This document shows, one piece after another, positions 26,267 through 36,017 of a stretch of 64,000 bases of DNA; the stretch's first letter is position 1, and every line of letters starts with the position of its first letter. The position numbers and the translations under genes were made by a program. The notes beneath the pieces are model-generated. The model made no database searches. It had not been told where the DNA came from and saw only the letters and a program-made list of their open reading frames with translations. Location: NCBI GenBank assembly GCA_038065315.1, contig JBBTRF010000001.1:592458-656457 (forward strand), in the 5' to 3' direction. The stretch is from Patescibacteria group bacterium. GTDB taxonomy: Bacteria; Patescibacteriota; Minisyncoccia; Phycocordibacterales; JBBTRF01.

Positions 26267-27595
26267 TTGTCAAAAGCGTTTGTCATGATCTATAAAAGAA
26301 TAATCATCACCGGAGATGCAGGAAGAGGGAAATCCACCCTCGCGGCGGAACTTTCGAGAAAGTTTGGAATACCGAGCCACTCTACCGATGACTATTTTTA
26401 CGAAGTAAAATTTTCGAAACCGAGAGATCGACAACAGGCTTTGGAACAGATCTCAGAGACGTTTAAGCAGGAGAAATGGATCGTTGAGGGTACAACAGCT
26501 TGGCTTTTGGAGCCGGGCATGGCATCCGCGGATATTATTCTGTATCTGCGATACAAAAACATACTATCGCAGTGGGGCACTTTGTTGAGACGTGGCCTGT
26601 CGAGAGAAAATGAAAGAATAAAGCAGACACTTTTCCTGATGAAGCACGTTTTTTACAAGCGATACAGTCTTGGATACAAGAAAGGTAAGATGACCCACCA
26701 AGAATTTATCGAGCCTCACAAACACAAGGTCGTGACGCTCTCATCTTTCAAGGAGATAGAGGATTTTTTGCGAATAGGTCTGCTGAGTCTCCTCTTTTTA
26801 TTCTGTCCGACGCATGTCTTCGCCGCCTCAACCTCGTCTGTCGACTTCGTCCGCAATCAGATTTGGTTTTCCAAACAGCCCTTCAGGGCGGGGGAGCAGG
26901 TGAAGATCTATACCAGCGTGCTCAATGGTGGCACGGCGGACACGCGCGGTTCGGTAGAATTTTACGACGACCAAACGTTGCTCGGTACGACGCAATTCTC
27001 CGTCCTTTCTGGCGGCTCGCAGATCGTCTGGGTGCGTTGGCTGGCAGCTTCTGGCGAGCACCGATTTCGAGCCAAGATTGTTTCGATTCATGCCACCTAT
27101 CCCGATGGGAGAGAGGAGGATCTTCCGGATATTGAGAGCCCGGCACCGATTGGCGTTTTTGTACTAGAAGCATTACCACCGCCGCCGAAAAGTCCCGAAC
27201 AGAGTGCCGCAGGTATTCTTTTGGGAAAGATCTCTAGCGGACCACTCTTTGCTACCTCGACTATTGTGGGCGTAGGCGTCCACGGAGCGGTGTCGGCGCT
27301 GTCTGCTACGGATAGTGTGCTCAATACACTGCAAGCGAGTCTCGAAAAAGAAAAGGGGAGAGTCGACGAGCGTGTAGCATCACCCACCACGAGTGTTGGA
27401 GGAAAAACAGGCCTCGCCTCTGTCTCTGCCGCCATATCTTCTCTCGACACGCCGTTTCACACCCTGTATTCCTACCTGCTCCACTTCCTCACGTTCATCC
27501 TCGACCACAAAACACTTATCTATCTCGTATCAGCCTACGTGCTCTATAAAGCGATCAGGTACGGTATCCGACGCTTTTCTCGACGTGCGGTATAA
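26267..27595 (+). CDS. chimeric-looking ORF: N-terminal P-loop NTPase/kinase-like domain (AT-rich DNA) continuous with a GC-rich region encoding signal-peptide-like segment, secreted domain and C-terminal TM
   Basis: Walker A IIITGDAGRGKSTL; abrupt composition change near 26790 with no intervening stop. Confidence 0.5.
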   Translation: MSKAFVMIYKRIIITGDAGRGKSTLAAELSRKFGIPSHSTDDYFYEVKFSKPRDRQQALEQISETFKQEKWIVEGTTAWLLEPGMASADIILYLRYKNILSQWGTLLRRGLSRENERIKQTLFLMKHVFYKRYSLGYKKGKMTHQEFIEPHKHKVVTLSSFKEIEDFLRIGLLSLLFLFCPTHVFAASTSSVDFVRNQIWFSKQPFRAGEQVKIYTSVLNGGTADTRGSVEFYDDQTLLGTTQFSVLSGGSQIVWVRWLAASGEHRFRAKIVSIHATYPDGREEDLPDIESPAPIGVFVLEALPPPPKSPEQSAAGILLGKISSGPLFATSTIVGVGVHGAVSALSATDSVLNTLQASLEKEKGRVDERVASPTTSVGGKTGLASVSAAISSLDTPFHTLYSYLLHFLTFILDHKTLIYLVSAYVLYKAIRYGIRRFSRRAV

Positions 27596-27603
27596 TACAG
27601 GGG

Positions 27604-29193
27604 ATGCCTGCCGTATCTCTCTTCATCCACAACGCCGGATATGTTCTCTCGTCGATCCTTATGACCGGCCTAATCGTCTCTGTCTACGTAAAGGATCACA
27701 AGACGCTGGCGAATCGGAAGATTATTGCCGCTTTTTTCGCGGTGGTGGTGTTCACCATCGCTCATGTGATTGGTGTGAATATCGCTGACCCGCACCTTTC
27801 TCGTCTCGCGCTGATGTTCACCAGCTCCGTCCTGCTCATCTCACCGTTCTTCGCGCATTGTGTCTTTGCACTCATCGGCCGAGCGGACAAAGAACGTGTC
27901 CCCCTTGCGATCGCATACCTCACCTCACTTATCTTGCTCGCTGTATTCGTGATCTTTCCAGACTCTTTTCTCCTGCCTTCCGAACCAAAACTCTATTTCC
28001 CGAACTACTACGTCGCCGGCTCGCTGTATTGGCTGATGGAGCTGATTTCCAATGGCCTCATCCCGGCATACTTTTTGTTTCGTATGATGCAGGCTTATCC
28101 CGCCGCTGACCCAGTGATGCGCAATCGTCTCAAGTACATGTTTGCAGCACTCTTTCTCGGGTATTCATTTGGCGTCACAGCGGTGCCCTTGGTGTTTGGT
28201 GTTGCGGTCAATCCCATCTGGTCAATCCTCTTTATCCCGTTTTTCACCCTGCCTTTTGCCTACGCTGTTTTGAAGTACGAACTCATGGATATCCGCGTGA
28301 TCGGAAAGCAAGCTTTTATCTATGCGGTGGTGGTGGGAGGAGTCAGCGTGCTCATCAGTATTCTCAATTATGCCAACAACCAGATTGTCGAAGTCGTTCC
28401 AGGTTTTCCGGTATGGGCTTTTCCGCTTGGTTCATCGCTGGTCGGTGTGTCGATCGGTCTCTTTATTTGGAGCAAGCTCCGCGAGACGGATTTTTTGAAA
28501 TACGGGTTTATCAATGTGGTCACGCACAAGTTTCGCACCCCGCTCACGCATATCAAATGGTCGGCCGATAGTCTTGGTGGCGTTAGTCTGCCGCCTGAGC
28601 AGCGAGAAAACGTGAAGACTATTCAGACGGCAGTGCAGCGACTCGTGGATCTCACCAATTTGCTGGTGAACCTTTCCGACGCGAATACAGATCGTGACGC
28701 GGCGGCTGTGGAGCCGGTGCGCCTCGATGTTTTGGCGCGAGAAGTGTTTGAAGAATATGACCGCCGCGTCAAAGAGAAAAAACTCGTTGTGACTTTCGAA
28801 GGGCTACTTCCTGGTACGACATTTCCTACCGTATCGGTGAATCGTGCAAAGATCGCCTACGCCCTGGAGATTTTCATTGACAACGCCATCAAATACACGC
28901 CTGCTGGCGGCGCGGTTGCTATTTCTTTTTATCACGACGGGCGTGTCGTGAAAGTGTCCGTAGCTGATACCGGGATGGGAATCGCTAAGGAGGATCTTGG
29001 TAGAATGTTCAACAAATTTTTCCGCACCCCAAAGGCGATGCGCGCCGATACGGAGGGTTTGGGCATTGATCTCTTCATGGCCCGCGAAGTGGTCCGAAAA
29101 CATGGCGGCGAAGTCTCCGTACATTCGGATGGCGAAGGGAGAGGGGCCACTTTCTCGATGTCGTTACCGATCAAGACAAAACCTTCGGCATAG
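27604..29193 (+). CDS. membrane sensor histidine kinase
   Basis: multi-TM N-terminus, H-box HKFRTPLTHI, HATPase_c (DTGMGI, GLGIDL). Confidence 0.8.
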   Translation: MPAVSLFIHNAGYVLSSILMTGLIVSVYVKDHKTLANRKIIAAFFAVVVFTIAHVIGVNIADPHLSRLALMFTSSVLLISPFFAHCVFALIGRADKERVPLAIAYLTSLILLAVFVIFPDSFLLPSEPKLYFPNYYVAGSLYWLMELISNGLIPAYFLFRMMQAYPAADPVMRNRLKYMFAALFLGYSFGVTAVPLVFGVAVNPIWSILFIPFFTLPFAYAVLKYELMDIRVIGKQAFIYAVVVGGVSVLISILNYANNQIVEVVPGFPVWAFPLGSSLVGVSIGLFIWSKLRETDFLKYGFINVVTHKFRTPLTHIKWSADSLGGVSLPPEQRENVKTIQTAVQRLVDLTNLLVNLSDANTDRDAAAVEPVRLDVLAREVFEEYDRRVKEKKLVVTFEGLLPGTTFPTVSVNRAKIAYALEIFIDNAIKYTPAGGAVAISFYHDGRVVKVSVADTGMGIAKEDLGRMFNKFFRTPKAMRADTEGLGIDLFMAREVVRKHGGEVSVHSDGEGRGATFSMSLPIKTKPSA

Positions 29194-29214
29194 TTGGCGT
29201 ATTTTTTCTCGCCA

Positions 29215-29673
29215 CTACTTCTTGCGCTTCTCTTTTTTGTCTTTTCCGTACAGATATTTCGATTCTCTCGTGAGAGCGAGAATGCCGACTACTACCACGT
29301 AGGTCGCGCGCACCTCAGCGGGCATCTCGTAGTGTTCTCGGTTGATGAAACCGGCGATGATCAGGCCGAAGATCAAGAGCGTCCAGGCAATAACATACAA
29401 TTCGCCTGGATGAATGGTTTCATGCTTGTCGTGCCAACGCTTGAATTCTTTTTCCGCACTGTAGATGGCGAGTGAGGCACCGTACAGCACGGCGATGATG
29501 AGGATGATTTCGTGGTGGTCAAGGATATTCTCGTGAAGATAGTCGTAGACGATGGCGGAGAAGAACACGAGCGTCCAAAAATCGGTCAGGATTCTCCAGA
29601 AAGACTCCTCGGCTCTTTTGCGGATCTGGTGTATCCTCATACATACACAGTATCTCATATTTTTATGAAACAA
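29215..29673 (-). CDS. hypothetical membrane protein
   Basis: ORF with 3 TM helices, Lys-rich C-terminus. Confidence 0.45.
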   Translation of the reverse strand: MFHKNMRYCVCMRIHQIRKRAEESFWRILTDFWTLVFFSAIVYDYLHENILDHHEIILIIAVLYGASLAIYSAEKEFKRWHDKHETIHPGELYVIAWTLLIFGLIIAGFINREHYEMPAEVRATYVVVVGILALTRESKYLYGKDKKEKRKK

Positions 29674-31356
29674 GCCCAGGCGCTCGAACTACTCAAAACC
29701 GGCAGAAATGTCTTCATCACTGGCGCGGCCGGCAGTGGCAAGACGCACCTGGTGAATTCGTACATTTCGTATTTGCGTGAGCGTGGAGTGGATATGGGCA
29801 TCACCGCCTCCACCGGTATCGCCGCGACACACATGGGCGGGGTTACGATTCATTCGTGGTCGGGCATGGGGATCCACGCGTTTCTTTCCGAATACGACAT
29901 CGAAGGGATGCGTGAGAAGCCGTATCTGGCGAAGCGTTTCGAACGGGTGAAGGTGCTGATCATCGACGAAGTTTCGATGCTTCATCATTTTCGCCTCGAC
30001 TTGGTGGACCAGATTTTGCGGACAATGAAAAAAGTCGATGATCCTTTCGGTGGAGTGCAGGTGGTGTTGTGTGGTGACTTTTTCCAGCTCCCGCCGGTAT
30101 CGCGCTTTGGCGAACAGCCGGCGCATTTTGTGTATCACTCCGAAGCATGGAAAAATGGTGATTTCTGCGTCTGTTATCTCGACGAACAATTCCGCCAAAA
30201 TGATCCCGAAGCCATCGGTCTGCTCAACGAGATCCGTTCCGGTGAGGTGTCGGCAAAGACACATGCGTTGCTCGAAAAACATTCGCATCCGCACAAAAAA
30301 GTGCTCATCACCGAGCCGACGCGCCTCTATACGCACAATGAAGATGTCGATGCGATCAACGAGCGCGAATTGGCGAAGCTCGTCGAGGCGGCCTCAGCGG
30401 AATATGCGATGGAGGAAAGAGGGAAGCCTTTTATTGTCGAAGCGCTCAAAAAGTCTTGCTTGGCGCAGCCGAACCTGAGGCTGAAGGTCGGTGCGCGGGT
30501 GATGTGTATTAAGAACAATTTTGAAGAGGGGTATGTAAACGGCACGCTTGGGGTGGTGGTGTCATGCAGCTTCAATGAAGATCCGGTGGTGAGGTTGTCG
30601 AGCGGTAAACGGGTGAGTATCGGCAAGGCTTCGTGGAAGATCGAGGAGGATGGGAATACGAAGGCCGAGCTGCTTCAGTATCCGCTGCGGTTGGCATGGG
30701 CGATCACCGTGCACAAGAGTCAGGGCATGAGCCTCGATGCGGCAGAGATGGATCTGTCGAAGTCTTTCGAGCCGGGTATGGGATATGTGGCATTGTCCCG
30801 CGTGCGGAGCTTGGCGGGGTTACGCATTTTAGGTTTGAACGCTAAGGCACTCGAAGTGAACCAGGAGGTGTTGGAATTCGATGGGCAGCTTCGGGAAGCG
30901 TCGGTCCGCGCTGAAGAGAAGTTGGGGGGTATGTCACCGGCCCAGCTTGCGGCTGAACAAAAAGATTTCATGGAATATTGTGTGCCGGAGCGTGCGGCGG
31001 GGAAGAAAGCTCCGAAAATACCAACGCACGAGATCACCGCCGCGCTCATCGACAAGAAAAAAACGCTCGCCGAGATCGCCCGCGAGCGCGGCCTCACCAC
31101 GGAGACGATTGTCGATCATATTGAGAAGCTCATCGAAGAGGACTATGGCACCGACATTGCGTATCTCAAAAAAGATATTTCAAGGACCCATTGGTTGAAG
31201 ATCGATAAAGTATTCGAAGAGATGTTGGCCGATGAAAAGTGTGACGGTATTTTCCTTGCGCCGGCCAAAAAGAAGCTTGGCGCCAATATCTCGTACGTCG
31301 AGATCCGCCTCGCCCGCGCTCTGAAAGGTCTGGTACCAAAGCAGAAAAAGTCGTAG
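29665..31356 (+). CDS. PIF1/RecD-like ATP-dependent DNA helicase (AAA_30 + UvrD_C-like) with C-terminal HTH
   Basis: Walker A GAAGSGKTH, Walker B LIIDEVSM, ITVHKSQG motif. Confidence 0.8.
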   Translation: MKQAQALELLKTGRNVFITGAAGSGKTHLVNSYISYLRERGVDMGITASTGIAATHMGGVTIHSWSGMGIHAFLSEYDIEGMREKPYLAKRFERVKVLIIDEVSMLHHFRLDLVDQILRTMKKVDDPFGGVQVVLCGDFFQLPPVSRFGEQPAHFVYHSEAWKNGDFCVCYLDEQFRQNDPEAIGLLNEIRSGEVSAKTHALLEKHSHPHKKVLITEPTRLYTHNEDVDAINERELAKLVEAASAEYAMEERGKPFIVEALKKSCLAQPNLRLKVGARVMCIKNNFEEGYVNGTLGVVVSCSFNEDPVVRLSSGKRVSIGKASWKIEEDGNTKAELLQYPLRLAWAITVHKSQGMSLDAAEMDLSKSFEPGMGYVALSRVRSLAGLRILGLNAKALEVNQEVLEFDGQLREASVRAEEKLGGMSPAQLAAEQKDFMEYCVPERAAGKKAPKIPTHEITAALIDKKKTLAEIARERGLTTETIVDHIEKLIEEDYGTDIAYLKKDISRTHWLKIDKVFEEMLADEKCDGIFLAPAKKKLGANISYVEIRLARALKGLVPKQKKS

Positions 31357-31640
31357 GGCGGAAGTGTTCCGCCGCGTACCTCGTCTGTTATACTTCCTTT
31401 GTGGGCAAGGTCAGAACGTTTTTGCAGAAGATCCCCAAGCCGCTCCGCTGGGCGGCCGGTGCCTTTTGTATTGTTGCCGGCATCTTCAGTATTCTCACAC
31501 CGCTTACTCCGTGGGGCATTTTGTTCTTTGTCGGCCTCGAGTTGATTGGCATCCGCCTCCTCTTTGTCGAAAAAGGGAAGGCGCACGTTTTGCATTGGTA
31601 CCAGCGTGTTAAGATAGCATATATAAAATACTCTCAACGT

Positions 31641-32264
31641 ATGAATGACTCCACATTTCTTTCGAATCTGCAGTGGCGCTACGCGACCAAAAACTTTGAT
31701 GGTTCAAAACTCTCAGACAAGCAGCTCGAGGCGATCTTGGATGCAGTTCGCTTCGCACCGACTTCGTATGGCCTGCAGCCATTCCATGTGACTGTCGTCT
31801 CCGACGCGGCTCTCCGTGAACAAATGAAAAAAGCATCGTGGGATCAGCCACAGCTCACCTCGTCTTCGCATGTGTTGGTATTTTCCGCACGCACCGACCT
31901 GAAGGATCGCATCGAAGCCCATCTCATGAATACTGCCGGCGGCAATCCAGAGATTCGCGCGAAGCTTGCCGGTTTTGAGGGTATTTTGAAAGAATTTTCA
32001 ACAGACATGACCGACGCGGCGGTGCAGGAGTGGGCGAGCAAGCAGGCCTACATCGCTCTCGGCTTTGGCTTGGCGGCTTGTGCCGAGTTGCAGATCGATT
32101 CGTGTCCGATGGAAGGTTTCGATCCTGTGCAAATGAAGCAGATCCTCGCCTTACCGGCTCACCTCTATCCGTGTGTCATGCTGGCTGTGGGGAAGCGTGC
32201 TGCGAGTGAGGTACTGAAGCCGAAAGTTCGATTCGACAAGGCGGATCTTTTTGACACGCGATGA
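31641..32264 (+). CDS. nitroreductase family protein (NAD(P)H-flavin oxidoreductase); in-frame GTG at 31401 would add a 2-TM N-terminal extension
   Basis: RYATKNFDG...TSYGLQPFH nitroreductase signature. Confidence 0.65.
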   Translation: MNDSTFLSNLQWRYATKNFDGSKLSDKQLEAILDAVRFAPTSYGLQPFHVTVVSDAALREQMKKASWDQPQLTSSSHVLVFSARTDLKDRIEAHLMNTAGGNPEIRAKLAGFEGILKEFSTDMTDAAVQEWASKQAYIALGFGLAACAELQIDSCPMEGFDPVQMKQILALPAHLYPCVMLAVGKRAASEVLKPKVRFDKADLFDTR

Positions 32265-32815
32265 TCATCGGTATTACAGGAACAATTGGTGCTGGCAAGG
32301 GCACGGTAGTGGAGTATCTGGTGCAGAAGAAAGGGTTCGTACATTTTTCTGCGCGGGCGCTTATTTTGGAAGAAGTGAAAAAGCGCGGATTGGAAGTGAT
32401 ACGAGAAAATACGACGCTGGTCGCCAATGATCTCCGCGCGGCGTTCGGCCCAGACTACATTGCCAAAGAGCTGTGCCGCCGCGCGGCCGAGGTCCAGAAG
32501 CAAGGCAAGAATGCTGTGGTGGAGTCGCTTCGCAGTATTGGCGAGATTGAATTCATCCGTGCTATTCCCGGCAGCAAGGTCTTCGCCGTGGATGCCGATC
32601 CAAAGATTCGCTATGAACGTGTTCAGTCCCGAAAATCCGAACTCGATCAGATCACCTTTGAGCGGTTTGCCGCTCAGGAAAAAGCGGAGATTAATCCTGA
32701 TGATCCAACCAAAGGGAACCTATCAGCTTGCATCGCCATGGCCGACGTTGTGTTTATGAACAACGGAAATTTTGAAGAGTTGAGCAAACAGGTCGAAAAA
32801 GCCCTCGCTCGATAG
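32261..32815 (+). CDS. P-loop nucleotide kinase (dephospho-CoA kinase/dNMP kinase-like)
   Basis: IIGITGTIGAGKGT Walker A. Confidence 0.6.
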   Translation: MIIGITGTIGAGKGTVVEYLVQKKGFVHFSARALILEEVKKRGLEVIRENTTLVANDLRAAFGPDYIAKELCRRAAEVQKQGKNAVVESLRSIGEIEFIRAIPGSKVFAVDADPKIRYERVQSRKSELDQITFERFAAQEKAEINPDDPTKGNLSACIAMADVVFMNNGNFEELSKQVEKALAR

Positions 32816-32826
32816 GGTGGGGTGAA

Positions 32827-34419
32827 GTGCGGTATACTACCAGTATGAAACACATGACGAAGTATTTTTCTGTCTTTAAAACGCCTAAGGGCTATATTTC
32901 AGCGGCCATTGTGTTGCTCGTGTTAGCGGGTTGGGGGTTGTCCGGCGAAAAGACCCCGCTTTTTAGCGGTACACTCACCGTGGTGAAGCGCGATATCGCT
33001 CAGAAAGTGAGCGTCACTGGTCGCGTGAAGTCGGTGTCCGATGTTGCGTTGGCTTTTGAAAAATCCGGCCGTGTGAGTCGCGTGTATCACGAAGTGGGCG
33101 CTGAGGTAAAGCCTGGCGATGCTTTGGTGTCTCTGGAAAATGCCGATTTGTATGCCCAGCTTCAGCAGACGCAAGCTGCTGTGAAGGTGCAACAGGCCAA
33201 GCTCGATGCACTGAAGGCGGGCAGTGCCGCGTCGGATATTCGCATTGCCGAGATATATGTCATCAATGCGAAAGCAGCTCTCGAGGATACTCGTCGCGCC
33301 GCCGTCGATGCTCTGACGGCGGCGCAGACCAATGCCGACGATGCTCTGCACAATAAAGTCGACGCATTCTTCAGTAATCCTCGGACTTCGACCCCGCAAT
33401 TCAATCCTCAAACCGACGGTCAATTGCGCACATCGATCCAGGGCGCGCGAGTGGGGCAGGACGATGCTCTGATCGCTTGGAAATCTCTTTTGTCGCAGAT
33501 GTCGGTCGATCTTGAGAAAGTGGCCTTTCCAACATACTTTACCGATGCAAAGACCCGTCTGTCGACGCTTAAAATGCTTGTAGACTACATCGCCGAAGCA
33601 GTAAATGCCCTCTCCTCCGGCACCGGCCTGACTCAGACGACTATCGATACATACAAAGCGGCTATTCTGGCTGCCCGCACCGCTATTTTGACCCAGCAGG
33701 CGGCGATCACAAGCGCGGAACAGGCACTCCGCGCGGCCGAGGCGACGCTCGCCTTGAAGCAGTCTCAATATGATCAGGCTAAAGCTCCTGCGCGCTCTGA
33801 AGACATTCGCGCGCAGGAGGCCAATGTAGAGTCCGCTTCAGCAAGCGAAGCTGCGGCATACGCGGCGCTCGAAAAGACGATCTTGCGCTCACCTATCGTC
33901 GGCGTTGTGACTGCGAAGAATATCGAGGTGGGGGAGATTGTGCCGGCGAATACTGCAGCGGTGTCCGTGATGTCTCGAGGTGTGTACAAAATCGAAGCGA
34001 GTGTTGCTGAGTCGGATATCGCCAATGTTCGTGTCGGCAACAAAGCCGATGTCACTCTCGATGCATATCAAGATGCACACTTTGATGCCGTGGTGACGGC
34101 CGTCGATCCTGCAGAAGTGATCATTGAGGGCGTGCCGACATACAAAGTGACACTCAATTTTGTGAAGAAGGACGAGCGGATCCGATCTGGCATGACCGCA
34201 AACACTGACATCATCACCGCCGAGGTGAAAGGGGCTATTTTGGTACCGTCACGTTCTTTGTATAGCAAGGACGGTAAGCGCTATGTGAAGGTGAACGGCG
34301 CGGACGGTGTAGTTGTCGAGCGAGCTGTGGAGGTAGGTATTAAAGATGGCGAAGGGAACACACAAATCGTCTCCGGAGTGAATGAGGGGGATGTGGTGGT
34401 CACATCGTCGGTGCAATAA
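32827..34419 (+). CDS. HlyD-family periplasmic adaptor (membrane fusion protein) of efflux system
   Basis: N-terminal TM, long coiled coil, beta-barrel C-terminus. Confidence 0.75.
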   Translation: MRYTTSMKHMTKYFSVFKTPKGYISAAIVLLVLAGWGLSGEKTPLFSGTLTVVKRDIAQKVSVTGRVKSVSDVALAFEKSGRVSRVYHEVGAEVKPGDALVSLENADLYAQLQQTQAAVKVQQAKLDALKAGSAASDIRIAEIYVINAKAALEDTRRAAVDALTAAQTNADDALHNKVDAFFSNPRTSTPQFNPQTDGQLRTSIQGARVGQDDALIAWKSLLSQMSVDLEKVAFPTYFTDAKTRLSTLKMLVDYIAEAVNALSSGTGLTQTTIDTYKAAILAARTAILTQQAAITSAEQALRAAEATLALKQSQYDQAKAPARSEDIRAQEANVESASASEAAAYAALEKTILRSPIVGVVTAKNIEVGEIVPANTAAVSVMSRGVYKIEASVAESDIANVRVGNKADVTLDAYQDAHFDAVVTAVDPAEVIIEGVPTYKVTLNFVKKDERIRSGMTANTDIITAEVKGAILVPSRSLYSKDGKRYVKVNGADGVVVERAVEVGIKDGEGNTQIVSGVNEGDVVVTSSVQ

Positions 34420-34426
34420 TGAGCCA

Positions 34427-35146
34427 ATGTCTCTGATTGAAGTAAAAAATGTTACGAAGATATACACCAACGAAGGTGTAGAGACGCCGGCGTTGCGCGG
34501 CGTCTCATTCGGCGTGAAGAAAGGCGAATTCGTGGCGATCATGGGTCCGTCGGGCTCTGGCAAGTCAACGTTACTGCACATCTTAGGTTTTCTCGATGAA
34601 CACACTGGCGGTGAATATCATTTCGAGGGCAAGAATGTAAAGTCGTATGCTCCGGAAGAGGTTTCGAAAATTCGCAATGGTCGGATGGGTTTTATTTTTC
34701 AGGCGTTCAATTTATTGCCACGTACCACCGTGCTCGAGAATGTGAAATTGCCGTTACTGTATTCTGATGTGCCGCCGGAAAGTTGGGATGCACTGGCGAA
34801 AAAGGCCCTGGAGTCGGTTGGGATGCTGCATCGCTTAGAACACGAGCCGGCCCAGCTTTCCGGCGGCGAAAAGCAGCGCGTGGCTATCGCCCGCGCGCTC
34901 GTCTTGGAGCCGTCGGTCATTTTTGCCGACGAACCGACCGGCAACCTCGACTCAAAATCCGGAAGAATGGTGATCAAGACCATTCAAGATCTCAATGAGA
35001 AGCACGGTCACACGATCATCCTCATCACCCACGAGACGAGCACGGCTGAACATGCCCAGCGCATTATTCGCGTCATGGACGGCAGTATCGAGAGCGATAC
35101 CAAGGTCGCGCACCAGCGCCGCGCGGACGAGGGGTATGCGAAATAA
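34427..35146 (+). CDS. ABC transporter ATP-binding protein (MacB/LolD-like)
   Basis: [37 protein letters not shown]. Confidence 0.85.
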   Translation: MSLIEVKNVTKIYTNEGVETPALRGVSFGVKKGEFVAIMGPSGSGKSTLLHILGFLDEHTGGEYHFEGKNVKSYAPEEVSKIRNGRMGFIFQAFNLLPRTTVLENVKLPLLYSDVPPESWDALAKKALESVGMLHRLEHEPAQLSGGEKQRVAIARALVLEPSVIFADEPTGNLDSKSGRMVIKTIQDLNEKHGHTIILITHETSTAEHAQRIIRVMDGSIESDTKVAHQRRADEGYAK

Positions 35147-35172
35147 TATCAGTCAGACAAATCAAATAGGAT

Positions 35173-36009
35173 ATGAAAAAACTACGATCACAAAAAGATA
35201 TGATGCCGGCGATTTTTGAGGCAAAAGAGGTTCGCCGCGTTTGGCACGATGAGCAGTGGTATTTTGTCGTCGAAGACACAGTGCAGGTACTCATTGATTC
35301 TGAAAACACAAAACAGTACATTCAAAAAATGAAACAACGTGATATCCATCTCAGTCAAGGGTGGGTACAAATTGTCCACACCCTTGACGTGCCGACGAAA
35401 GGTGGTGTTCAGAAGATGAACTGTGCGAGTCTGCAGGGAATTTTTCGCATTATTCAATCGATCTCATCACCCAAAGCAGAACCTTTCAAGCAGTGGCTTG
35501 CGAAGGTAGGACAAGAGCGGATTAGTGAAATGATGAATCCTGAGATTGCACTCAATCGCTCGAGAGAATATTGGCAGAAGCATGGTAGAAGTGAAAAGTG
35601 GATACAGCAAAGAATGATGGGGCAGGAGACCCGCAACAAGCTTACGGATTACTGGAAAGAATCAGGTGTAGAAGAGGGTAAAGAATATGCTATCTTAACC
35701 AATATCATTCACCAGGAATGGAGCGATCTTGGTGTGCAGGATCATAAAAAAGTAAAAGGGTTGGGAAAAGGTACAAATTTGCGTGACCACATGTCTGAAG
35801 CCGAATTGATCTTTACGGCTCTCGCAGAACTTTCTACCAGACAAATCGCAGAGAGTATGGAGACAAAAGGACTTGAAGAAAATAAAGTACCAGCAAAACG
35901 CGGCGGGAAGATTGCAAAAGATGCCAGAATTGCGCTCGAAGAAAAAACGGGTAAAAAAGTTGTGACAGGTGAGAATTATCTGCAGTCAGGTAAAAAGAGA
36001 TTGGAATAA
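35173..36009 (+). CDS. DNA-damage-inducible protein D (DinD)-like, Bro-N domain protein; AT-rich insertion between ABC ATPase and permease
   Basis: Bro-N pattern IFEAKEVRRVWHDEQWYFVVEDTVQVL; C-terminal DHMSEAELIF...KDARIALEEKTGKKVVT similar to DinD. Confidence 0.6.
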   Translation: MKKLRSQKDMMPAIFEAKEVRRVWHDEQWYFVVEDTVQVLIDSENTKQYIQKMKQRDIHLSQGWVQIVHTLDVPTKGGVQKMNCASLQGIFRIIQSISSPKAEPFKQWLAKVGQERISEMMNPEIALNRSREYWQKHGRSEKWIQQRMMGQETRNKLTDYWKESGVEEGKEYAILTNIIHQEWSDLGVQDHKKVKGLGKGTNLRDHMSEAELIFTALAELSTRQIAESMETKGLEENKVPAKRGGKIAKDARIALEEKTGKKVVTGENYLQSGKKRLE

Positions 36010-36017
36010 TATTTATC

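Noticed and set aside
31401-31640. N-terminal extension (GTG start) of nitroreductase ORF encoding two TM helices
   Set aside because: Uncertain; kept nitroreductase start at ATG 31641 because nitroreductases are soluble, but the in-frame extension cannot be excluded.
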